NCBI GenBank assembly: GCA_035388825.1
Contig: DAOOQQ010000019.1
Span: forward strand, 225 to 64,224
Source: Candidatus Ozemobacteraceae bacterium
Lineage (GTDB): Bacteria > Muiribacteriota > Ozemobacteria > Ozemobacterales > Ozemobacteraceae
Length of the DNA stretch: 64,000 nt
Direction of reading: 5' to 3'
The position numbers and the translations under genes were made by a program. This document shows, piece by piece, positions 30,806 through 38,919 of the stretch; position 1 is the first letter of the stretch; every line of letters begins with the position of its first letter. The notes beneath the pieces are model-generated. The model saw only the letters and a list, made by a program, of their open reading frames with translations, did not search any database and was not told the origin of the DNA.

Positions 30806-31627
30806 GTGAGCCCGGTCGATCTCCTGCTCGTCATCCTTGCCGTCCTCCTCGGCGCAGCCGCCGGACCGCGTATATCGTGGTCTATACGGTCCTGGCCGGG
30901 CCACGAGGATCTTCTCGAGGATTACTCGAAATGCCCCGTGTGCATGGGAGGCCTGCGGCGGGGCTGCGTGAATGCGGGGGGGCGTCAGGATATCGCGTAT
31001 CTGGTGTTCTCGGCGGTCCTGGCCGGTTTGTCGGTCGGTCTGTGGGGAGTTGGCACGAAGGCTCTCTTTTCCTGGATGTTCGGTGTCTCCTGCATGATCA
31101 TCACCGTCGTCGACGTGCGGTTCCTGATCATTCCCGACAAGTTGTCGATCAACGGCAGCGTGGCGGGGCTCGTGTATGCGCTTGCCTGCTGGATCTGGAC
31201 CACACCTCTCGGGAAAGCTCCCCCCGAGCAGTATGTGACGCTCACCGACAGCCTGCTTGGCTTTGCCCTGGGCGGCGGCTTCCTCTGGGGCCTGGGCTGG
31301 CTTGCCTGGAAAATCCTCAAGAAAGAGGGAATGGGCGGCGGCGATGTGAAACTGCTCGCGGCATTCGGCGCCTGGCTGGGCTGGAAGCCGGTCATCGCGA
31401 TCGTCGTGCTCGCGAGTTTCCTCGGCTCCGTCGGCGGGATCGGGAATATCCTCTATCAGAAAATAAAATATCGAAAGCAATATAAGCCGCTGACGCACAT
31501 GATCCCGTTCGGTCCGTATCTGTGCGTCGCGTTCCTCTTCATCTTCTACTTCGGCATGCAGCCGCTGTTCTCCCTCATGGACCTCTACCAGGGCTGGGTC
31601 GAGTCCCGGTTCCTCGGCAACCCCTGA
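30806..31627 (+). CDS. pilD: Type IV prepilin peptidase (A24 family)
   Basis: N-terminal Zn-binding CPVC...C, catalytic Asp in IIPDKL and GGGDVKLLAAFGAWLG; polytopic membrane protein. Confidence 0.8.
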   Translation: MSPVDLLLVILAVLLGAAAGPRISWSIRSWPGHEDLLEDYSKCPVCMGGLRRGCVNAGGRQDIAYLVFSAVLAGLSVGLWGVGTKALFSWMFGVSCMIITVVDVRFLIIPDKLSINGSVAGLVYALACWIWTTPLGKAPPEQYVTLTDSLLGFALGGGFLWGLGWLAWKILKKEGMGGGDVKLLAAFGAWLGWKPVIAIVVLASFLGSVGGIGNILYQKIKYRKQYKPLTHMIPFGPYLCVAFLFIFYFGMQPLFSLMDLYQGWVESRFLGNP

Positions 31628-31643
31628 CGGCGGGAGCCGGCTG

Positions 31644-32273
31644 ATGGATGATACGTCACTCGCCTATCTCGACGCGTTTCTGGAACTGCCGGCGGCTCTC
31701 TGTGCGGCTGCCACGCGGCTGAACCGGCAGATCGTCTCGACGGCTGGCGGAACGATCGATTTTTCCCGCGGAACCATTCCCCATATCACGCTCTATATGG
31801 GCCTGTTCCCCGTCGCTGAGCTGAACCGGGTGAAGCGGGAGCTCGGGGCGATCGCCGCCGACACCCCGCCGGTCCGGGTGGCGATGCAGGGGATCGAACG
31901 GGCAGCGGAAGGCTACCTGTTCCTGAACGTGAGGGTCGATGAGCCGCTCCAAAAGCTCCACGAGCGGGTTGTCGTCGCCCTGAATCCCCTCCGGCGCGGG
32001 GCGATACGCCAGAAGTATCTGGACGATCTCGGGAGGTTCACGCCTGGAGAATGTGACAATATCATGAAGTATGGATTTCCCTGGCTGCTGGAGTTGTTCC
32101 GGCCGCATATCACCATCGGCAAGGTCGACGAAGCCGCGACCGAAGGCGTCTCGAGGACTCTTTCTGCCCCCGGGGAGCGGGAATGGGCAACGAGACTCGC
32201 GTTCGGCGAGGTCGGCGAGCATGGAACGGTGGTGTCCGTCAGGTCCGTCTTCGACCTGACCAAAGCCTCGTGA
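31644..32273 (+). CDS. 2H phosphoesterase (LigT-like 2'-5' RNA ligase / cyclic phosphodiesterase)
   Basis: Two HxT/SxG motifs (PHITLYMG and PHITIGKV) at the expected spacing. Confidence 0.65.
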   Translation: MDDTSLAYLDAFLELPAALCAAATRLNRQIVSTAGGTIDFSRGTIPHITLYMGLFPVAELNRVKRELGAIAADTPPVRVAMQGIERAAEGYLFLNVRVDEPLQKLHERVVVALNPLRRGAIRQKYLDDLGRFTPGECDNIMKYGFPWLLELFRPHITIGKVDEAATEGVSRTLSAPGEREWATRLAFGEVGEHGTVVSVRSVFDLTKAS

Positions 32274-32290
32274 AGGAGAAACGGCAACCG

Positions 32291-33316
32291 ATGATCCGTC
32301 ATGTCCTGATTCTGGTCTGCGTCGCCCTCACCCTGGGTCTCTTCCTGACGGCCTGCCAAACCGGCGGCCCTGTCGTGACCGTCTATGTCACGGTCGATCA
32401 GCCGTTCGCCGAACCCGTTCTTGCCAGCTTCACGGCCAAAACCGGCGTGACCGTCCAGCCCGTCTTCGACACCGAGGCGGCCAAAACCGTCGGCCTGGCC
32501 AACCGCCTTCGCGCCGAACGCGCCCGTCCCCTGTGCGACGTGTTCTGGAGCTCCGAGTTCGCGCATACCGTGCGACTTGCCGATGAGGGTCTCTTCGAGG
32601 CGCGGGAGTGGCCGACGGCCACGGGACTGCCCGCCGAGCTGTGCGATCCCGGCCGGCGTTGGGTCGGGTTTGGCCTGCGTGCCCGGGTTCTTCTCGTGAA
32701 CACCAAAGCCCTCGCTGCGGCCTCGATGCCGACCCGCCTCGCGGATCTCCTCGACCCCGCATGGAAGCCGGGGGAGGTGGCCATCGGGCTCCCCCTGTTC
32801 GGAACGACGAACACCCATGCGGCGGCCCTCTACGCCATGGAAGGGGAAGCGGGCATGCTCGACTTTTTCGAGACGTTGAAAGCCCGCGGTGCGGCCATCG
32901 TGGACGGAAACGCAGTCGTGCGTGACCGGGTGGCGGCCGGCGCCTGTCTCGTCGGCCTGACGGATACCGACGATGCTCTCGTGTCGGTCGCCCGGGGCGA
33001 TCCCGTGAAGATGATCCTTCCCGACCAGGAGCCGGGCGGTTCGGGAACCCTCCTGATCCCGAATACGGTGGCCGTCGTCGCGGGGGCCCCCCATGCGCGC
33101 GAAGCGGCAATGCTGGCCGATTATCTTGCCTCGGTCGAGGTCGAAAAAATGCTGGCTGACGGGGAATCGAAACAGATCTCGGCCCGACGGGGCGGTCCCG
33201 TGCCTGCCGGCCTGCCCGCCCCCGACAGCCTCAGGCCTCTTCCGGTCAGTCTCGCGTCTGTCGCCGCCGCGATCCCGTCGGCGACCATCCTCCTGCGGGA
33301 TCGCTTCATGCGCTGA
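32291..33316 (+). CDS. ABC transporter substrate-binding lipoprotein (Fe3+/thiamine SBP family 1 type)
   Basis: ATG 32291 gives MIRHVLILVCVALTLGLFLTAC (lipobox); FbpA/ThiB-like fold; the ORF-track start at 32183 overlaps the ligT-like gene. Confidence 0.65.
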   Translation: MIRHVLILVCVALTLGLFLTACQTGGPVVTVYVTVDQPFAEPVLASFTAKTGVTVQPVFDTEAAKTVGLANRLRAERARPLCDVFWSSEFAHTVRLADEGLFEAREWPTATGLPAELCDPGRRWVGFGLRARVLLVNTKALAAASMPTRLADLLDPAWKPGEVAIGLPLFGTTNTHAAALYAMEGEAGMLDFFETLKARGAAIVDGNAVVRDRVAAGACLVGLTDTDDALVSVARGDPVKMILPDQEPGGSGTLLIPNTVAVVAGAPHAREAAMLADYLASVEVEKMLADGESKQISARRGGPVPAGLPAPDSLRPLPVSLASVAAAIPSATILLRDRFMR

Positions 33317-33326
33317 TGCTGCGGTG

Positions 33327-34898
33327 ATGAGCGTCTGGCGACCGATGGCGGGCCACACGGAGCGGGTGATCCGCTTCGTCGTGGTTGCCGTCACGATTCT
33401 TCTGCTCGTTCCGCTTGCGGCGATCCTCGTGCCGGCTGCCATCGCGGCATGGCGCCAGACCGGTGCACCGGCGGCCGGCTGGGAACGGCTGGGGCTCCTC
33501 ACACTGCGATCGACGGCCATCGCCGGAGGAGCGGCAACACTTGCGACCTTCGCCGGGGCCGGTCTGGCCTGGGTTCTGGCAGCCCGGCCGGGCCTCTGGC
33601 TGCGATTTCGCGTGCTTCTGCTTCTGCCGCTGGTTCTGCCGCCGTATCTGCTGACGCTGGGCTGGGTGGCCGCGACGGATGTGGCGGCTCTGCGCTGGGG
33701 CTTCCAGCCCGGCCTGAGCGGCATTCTCTGGGGAATAGCCATCCTGGGCCTCGCGGCGGCTCCACCCGCGGCGCTCGTCCTGGGGACGTTCCTGCGCCGG
33801 GCTCCAGTGGCCCCGATCGAGTCCGCCCTGCTCAGTCTCGGCCCTGCCGGCGCCCTGCGAACGGCGATCATCCCTCTCTGGCGACGTCCCGCCGGGGCCA
33901 TCTGGCTGTTCGTCTTCGGCCAGACGCTTGCCGAATACGGCGTGCCACTGTATCTCCAGACACCGGTGCTTGCCACGGAGCTCGTTTCCGCCTTCACCGG
34001 CGGGGAGCCGGCCGGAAACGTGCTGCTCGCCTCCTGGCCTCTGGCTCTCCTGCTCGCCGGCACCATCGCGGCCTGGAGTTCGGCGGCCGCCGTGGAGGGC
34101 GTTTCCCGTCGTGCGCCGAGCCAACCGGGGAAGCTGTCCTGGCTCGAGCCGGCATCCTGGCCCGGCGCGTGGCGCCTGGTGACCGGGATCGGCTGCCTTG
34201 TCGCGGTGGTCGGCCTCGCCGTCCCTGTCGTCGGGCTTGCCCTGGGCGCTTTCCGTCCGGGGAACGGCGGCGCGGGAATCCTTCTGGCGGCTTTGCCCGC
34301 CCTGCGCATGTCGGTCTTCCTGGCGGCCGGTTGTGCCCTCCTCGCCGTGATTCCGGCGCTTGTGCTCGGGGATCTCCTCACCGCTGCACCAAGCCGCCTT
34401 CCCCTGGTGCTTTCGGCTCTCGCTCTCGCGATTCCGGCCGGCTGCACTGGGGTCGCCCACGCGACGTTCTGGATCCTGACCCCGTTCGCGGGAGGGGAAA
34501 CGGCGATCTGGTGCGGCCACCTCGCCAGAATCCTGCCGGTCGCCTGGATCGTCGCCGCCCTGACACGAGGTCCGACCGGCCGACTGCCGGCGCTCGACGC
34601 CGCCATCCTGCTCCCGGGGAGCTCTCTCGACCGCTTCCTTCTTCGCCTGCGGCTCGAGCTTCCACGCGTTCTGAGTGTGGCCGGGGCCGCATTCGTCCTT
34701 TCCATACGCGAACTGGATGTCTCGCTGCTCACCGTCCCGCCGGGCGGCGAGACCCTGCCTCTCCGGCTGTTCAATCTCATGCACTATGGTGCCGGCGCCG
34801 ATGTGTGCCGGATCGGCCTCGTGCTCGGCGGGGTGCTCTGGCTTGCCACGCACATCGTTGCCGCGCACGCGTGGCCGATTCGAAAGGAGGGTACGTGA
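33327..34898 (+). CDS. ABC transporter permease, fused two-domain (FbpB/ThiP-like)
   Basis: 523 aa; ~12 TM helices in two repeated halves; start 33327 follows the SBP stop. Confidence 0.7.
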   Translation: MSVWRPMAGHTERVIRFVVVAVTILLLVPLAAILVPAAIAAWRQTGAPAAGWERLGLLTLRSTAIAGGAATLATFAGAGLAWVLAARPGLWLRFRVLLLLPLVLPPYLLTLGWVAATDVAALRWGFQPGLSGILWGIAILGLAAAPPAALVLGTFLRRAPVAPIESALLSLGPAGALRTAIIPLWRRPAGAIWLFVFGQTLAEYGVPLYLQTPVLATELVSAFTGGEPAGNVLLASWPLALLLAGTIAAWSSAAAVEGVSRRAPSQPGKLSWLEPASWPGAWRLVTGIGCLVAVVGLAVPVVGLALGAFRPGNGGAGILLAALPALRMSVFLAAGCALLAVIPALVLGDLLTAAPSRLPLVLSALALAIPAGCTGVAHATFWILTPFAGGETAIWCGHLARILPVAWIVAALTRGPTGRLPALDAAILLPGSSLDRFLLRLRLELPRVLSVAGAAFVLSIRELDVSLLTVPPGGETLPLRLFNLMHYGAGADVCRIGLVLGGVLWLATHIVAAHAWPIRKEGT

Positions 34899-35551
34899 TG
34901 GGGGTCTCTCTCGAGATTACCGGCCTGGCCCGCCGCTTCAATGGCCGTCCCATCTTTGCCGGGCTGGATCTGAGGCTGGATGCGGGCGAGGCTGCGGCCC
35001 TCCTCGGGCCTTCCGGATGTGGGAAAAGCACGCTCCTCCGGCTGATCGCCGGCCTGGACGAACCCGAGGCCGGAACGATACGGATTTCCGACAGCGACGC
35101 TTCGGCTCCGGGGCGTTTGATTCCTCCCTGGCAGCGTCGAACGGGCATGCTGTTCCAGGGCGATGCCCTCTGGCCGCATCTGCGGGTTGGCGAGCAGGTG
35201 CGCCGGGTTGCCGCAACGGCGTCGCAGCCGGTTCCCGAGGAGCGGCTGCGGGAGATCGCCGGGATGCTCGGAATCGGCACGCTCTGGGAACGATACCCAG
35301 GTGACCTCTCCGGCGGGGAAGCCCGCCGCGTCGCCCTTCTGCGCACCCTAGCCGGCGCCCCCGATCTGCTGCTGCTCGATGAGCCGTTCGCCCACCTCGA
35401 TGAGGAGCTGCAACGCCGCGTTGTCGAAGTCATTCGAGCCTGGCATGCCGACACCCGATCGACGCTCCTGCTGGTTTCACATGAATCACCCCTCATTGTC
35501 GACTGGCCCGGTCGCCATATCCGGTTTCCCGATCTGCGCCTGGCGGATTGA
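34898..35551 (+). CDS. ABC transporter ATP-binding protein
   Basis: Walker A GPSGCGKST, signature LSGGEARRV, Walker B LLLLDEPFAHLD; TGATG stop/start overlap with the permease. Confidence 0.8.
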   Translation: MGVSLEITGLARRFNGRPIFAGLDLRLDAGEAAALLGPSGCGKSTLLRLIAGLDEPEAGTIRISDSDASAPGRLIPPWQRRTGMLFQGDALWPHLRVGEQVRRVAATASQPVPEERLREIAGMLGIGTLWERYPGDLSGGEARRVALLRTLAGAPDLLLLDEPFAHLDEELQRRVVEVIRAWHADTRSTLLLVSHESPLIVDWPGRHIRFPDLRLAD

Positions 35552-35559
35552 CAGCGCGC

Positions 35560-35752
35560 GCCGGAAGGGGTACAAGTGAATCTGCCTGCGGCTGAGTGCC
35601 ACGGGCGCGGTCGGGTGAACGGAAAACGGTCGAACGCCGTTGCGAGTCCGTCGCTGTAGCCGGGGACGACCGCCGCATCCAGCCACCGTTGATATCGACG
35701 GGAAGGCGCGGCGGGAGAACGATCCGGGAGCCAGAAGACGTTGCCCTGCCGT
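35560..35752 (+). promoter_or_regulatory. Probable cobalamin (AdoCbl) riboswitch
   Basis: Contains GCCACCG...GGGAAGGCG and a B12-box-like AGCCAGAAGACGUUGCC (consensus AGYCMGGAGACCKGCC) plus a 5' GUGAAUCUGCC element; lies immediately upstream of a BtuF/BtuD/BtuC-like operon. Confidence 0.5.
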
Positions 35753-35874
35753 TGTGATCGATCATGCCTTCGCGACAAGGAGACGGCAGAATGCCTGATG
35801 CATCATCCCCCCCCCCCCGTTCCGTTTCGGCCGGTTCGTCTGCTCTGGCCCCCGAATCGCGGAGCCGCGGGCGC

Positions 35875-36828
35875 ATGCTCGGACGGGGGATCGGAATGCT
35901 TGTCCTTTCCGTTCTTCTCTGGCTTGCCTGCTCGGCCTATGCCGGAAAGAATGCCGCCGGCACGGGAAAAATTGAAGAAAATATAAAATCAAAAGGTATA
36001 CCTGCTTCGGCGGGCGCGCGGGTGCCGATGCGCATCGTTTCGCTCGTGCCGAGTCTGACCGAGACGCTGTTCGTGCTCGGACTCGGCGACCGGCTCGTCG
36101 GGATCACGGATTTCTGCGAGCACATTCCCGGGGCCCGGAAGATCCCCTCGATCGGAACCTGCCTCGAGCCCAGCGTGGAAGCCATTGCGGCAAGAAATCC
36201 CGACCTGGTCCTGTATGGCCCGGATCAGGAGGCGATCGCGCGGCGTCTTGCTGCGCTGGGGCTCGACACCGTTTCGGTTCGCCAGATCGCCCTGGACGAT
36301 ATCCCCGGCGCCCTCCAGCGGATCGGGGACAGATGCGGTGTTCCGGCGGCCGCGGCTTCGGCGGTCGTGCGATTCCGGGATCGCCTCGCCGCAGTATCCC
36401 GGGCGGTCGCGGGATGTCGCAAACCCCGCGTTCTGCTCGTCGTCGGCCGCGACGTCTCGGGCGGCCGGATCGAACAGGCCTACGTGGCGGCTCCCGGAGC
36501 GTATCACGATGCCCTTCTCCGGCTGGCCGGCGCCGAGAATGCCTGGCGGGGAAAAGCCCTCACCGTCTATCCCGTCGTGTCCCAGGAAGGCCTGATGGCC
36601 CTGAATCCCGACGCCATCGTTGATCTCGTTCCGGATCCCGACCGGCAGCCGGGCGGACTCGACGGATTGAAAGCCGCCTGGGCGGCGGTTCCCGGAATGA
36701 CCGCCGTCGCCTCGGATCGCGTCCTTCTCCTCACCGAAACCCATCTGTCGATCCCGGGGCCCGAATCCGCCGCCGATGCCGCCGAGCGTCTGGCCCGTCT
36801 CCTGCATCCGGAGGGGGCATGGCGATGA
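35875..36828 (+). CDS. Periplasmic binding protein, BtuF/FhuD class (cobalamin or siderophore)
   Basis: Signal peptide MLGRGIGMLVLSVLLWLACSAYA; PF01497-like motifs (RIVSLVPSLTETLFVLGLGDRLVGITDFC); start after the riboswitch and the poly-C tract. Confidence 0.65.
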   Translation: MLGRGIGMLVLSVLLWLACSAYAGKNAAGTGKIEENIKSKGIPASAGARVPMRIVSLVPSLTETLFVLGLGDRLVGITDFCEHIPGARKIPSIGTCLEPSVEAIAARNPDLVLYGPDQEAIARRLAALGLDTVSVRQIALDDIPGALQRIGDRCGVPAAAASAVVRFRDRLAAVSRAVAGCRKPRVLLVVGRDVSGGRIEQAYVAAPGAYHDALLRLAGAENAWRGKALTVYPVVSQEGLMALNPDAIVDLVPDPDRQPGGLDGLKAAWAAVPGMTAVASDRVLLLTETHLSIPGPESAADAAERLARLLHPEGAWR

Positions 36829-37655
36829 TGCCAGCCGAACCCGCCGCCCCGATGCCCGCCCTGCGGACCGAAAGCCTGTGCGTCGCACTCGGCGGCAGAT
36901 CCATCCTCACTGATATATCTATCGATGTACCATCCGGCTGCCGGGTCGCGATCATCGGACCGAACGGCGCCGGCAAAACGACCTTGCTGCGGGCGCTGGC
37001 GGGGCTGGTTCGACCGATATCCGGCCGGATCCTCGTGAACGGCCGGACCATGTCCGGGCTTTCCTCGCGGGACCTGGCGCGACAGATCGCCCATGTGCCT
37101 CAGATGACCGAAAAAACCATGCCGTGCCGCGTTGCCGACTTCGTGCTCCTTTCCCGGTATGCGCATGGCCGGCACCTGTTCGGCTCGGCCGATGCGGGGG
37201 ATCGCGAAGCGGCCGCGCAGGCGATGGTCCGCACGGGCATCGCCGAGTTTGCCGACCGCGATCTGGCCACGCTCAGCGGCGGGGAGCGGCAGAAGGTGCT
37301 CGTGGCGGCCGCCCTGGCGCAGGAGGCTTCCATCCTGCTCCTGGACGAGCCTGCCGCGTTTCTCGATTATCGCCGCCAGCTCGAACTGGCCGCTCTGCTT
37401 GAAGGGGTGCGGCGCGCAGGCGGCGCCGGCAGGCTCTGCACGATCGTCAGCGTCGTGCACGATCTCAACGGGGGGGCGCTGGAAGGCGATCTCGTCATCG
37501 CTCTCGCCGCCGGCCGCGTGGCGTTCTCCGGCCCTCCTGAAGAACTCGTCCGAAGTGGCAGGCTTGCCGAGATCTACGGGGTCGAGTTCGAACTGCTGGG
37601 GCGGCCGAACTCCGGCCGAAGCCTGGTCGTTCCGGTGAGGATCGCCAACCCATGA
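36819..37655 (+). CDS. ABC ATPase, FecE/BtuD-like
   Basis: Walker A GPNGAGKTTLL, signature LSGGERQKV, Walker B LLLDEPAAFLD. Confidence 0.8.
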   Translation: MAMMPAEPAAPMPALRTESLCVALGGRSILTDISIDVPSGCRVAIIGPNGAGKTTLLRALAGLVRPISGRILVNGRTMSGLSSRDLARQIAHVPQMTEKTMPCRVADFVLLSRYAHGRHLFGSADAGDREAAAQAMVRTGIAEFADRDLATLSGGERQKVLVAAALAQEASILLLDEPAAFLDYRRQLELAALLEGVRRAGGAGRLCTIVSVVHDLNGGALEGDLVIALAAGRVAFSGPPEELVRSGRLAEIYGVEFELLGRPNSGRSLVVPVRIANP

Positions 37656-38647
37656 ACCACCGGACGATTCTTCTCCTGCTTGCGGGATTCGCCGCCGTGG
37701 TCGTCCTCGCCAGCCCCTTCATCGGGGGCGTGCCCGTCTCGTTCGATGCCCTGCTGCGCCCCTACGGGGATGATCCGTCCGCCATCCTCCTCTGGAAGCT
37801 GCGCCTGCCGCGGATCCTGGCGGCGTTCTTCGCCGGGGCGGCCTTGTCCGTCGCGGGCGGCGCGTTCCAGGCGCTGTTTCGCAACCCGCTCGCGACCCCC
37901 TTCACGCTGGGGGTTTCCGGGGCGGCATCGCTCGGAGCGGCTCTGTATCTGCGCTGGGGAAGCGAATCCGGGTTGTCCGGCCCGGGCGGCATCCTCGCCT
38001 CGTTCGCCGGCGCCGCCGTTTGCGTAGGGGCCGTCTATGCCCTTGCCTGGGGCCGGGGCGGGGTTTCGAACGCGCGTCTGCTGCTGGCGGGGGTCGCGAT
38101 CAGCTTCTGCTGCTCGAGCCTGATCATGTTCTCGCACTACGCTTCGACCGCCACCGACGCGTTCCGCATGATGCGCCACCTGATGGGAAGCCTCTCGGCA
38201 AGCGGCTGGGAAACGGTCGCCGTCCTTCTGCCCGTCACCCTGGTCGGCGGGCTGGTGTTGTGGGCGCTTGCCTGGGAACTCGATCTGCTGGCCGTCGGGG
38301 AGGATATCGCCCAGAGCCGCGGCGTCGCCGTCGAGAGAATACGGCACCTGATCTTTCTCGTCACCTGCGCGCTGGAAGCCTTCGTCGTGGCTCTGTGCGG
38401 CCCGATCGGCTTCGTGGGGTTGATGATCCCCCACTGCTGTCGCCTCTGGTTCGGAGGCGGCCACCGCGTTCTCCTCCCGGCGGCGTTTCTTCTGGGCGGC
38501 GCGTTCCTTGCCGCATGCGACACCGTCTCCCGCACCGTCGTCGCCCCCTCCGAAATGCCGGTCGGCGTCCTCACCTCCCTGATCGGCGGCGTCTTCTTCC
38601 TCTGGCTCCTCTTCGGCGCCACCGGCTCCGACACCCCCCTCGATTAG
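37652..38647 (+). CDS. FecCD-family ABC permease (BtuC-like)
   Basis: 331 aa; ~9-10 TM helices; FecCD motifs (LRLPRILAAFFAGAALSVAGGAFQALFRNPLATPFTLGVSGAASLG). Confidence 0.8.
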   Translation: MNHRTILLLLAGFAAVVVLASPFIGGVPVSFDALLRPYGDDPSAILLWKLRLPRILAAFFAGAALSVAGGAFQALFRNPLATPFTLGVSGAASLGAALYLRWGSESGLSGPGGILASFAGAAVCVGAVYALAWGRGGVSNARLLLAGVAISFCCSSLIMFSHYASTATDAFRMMRHLMGSLSASGWETVAVLLPVTLVGGLVLWALAWELDLLAVGEDIAQSRGVAVERIRHLIFLVTCALEAFVVALCGPIGFVGLMIPHCCRLWFGGGHRVLLPAAFLLGGAFLAACDTVSRTVVAPSEMPVGVLTSLIGGVFFLWLLFGATGSDTPLD

Positions 38648-38919
38648 CAGGGGGCATCGGGATTCCCGGAGGGATCTGTCGCCTCAGATCGTGAAGGGAA
38701 ACCCGCATGCCCATGAAGAGATGCGGGAAGGAACTGTTGAAAATTGAGGAGGGGGATATTATCTTTTCCCCGAGATGAGCCGATCCATCGGCTCGCAAGA
38801 AGGTTGTACGAGAGAGGTTGATGGCAGTTTTCCCTTCGATCGAGAGCAAAGAGCTCGTTCCCGATACGGCCGTGCCGTGCCTTGTCGCGCGCGGTTTGGC
38901 GATGCTGGAGGTTGATTCC

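Noticed and set aside
33449-35551. 700-aa plus-strand ORF spanning the ABC permease and ATPase
   Set aside because: Only its C-terminal 217 aa (from ATG 34898) are a real ABC ATPase. The upstream part is an alternative frame of the permease gene, Arg/Pro/Gly-rich.
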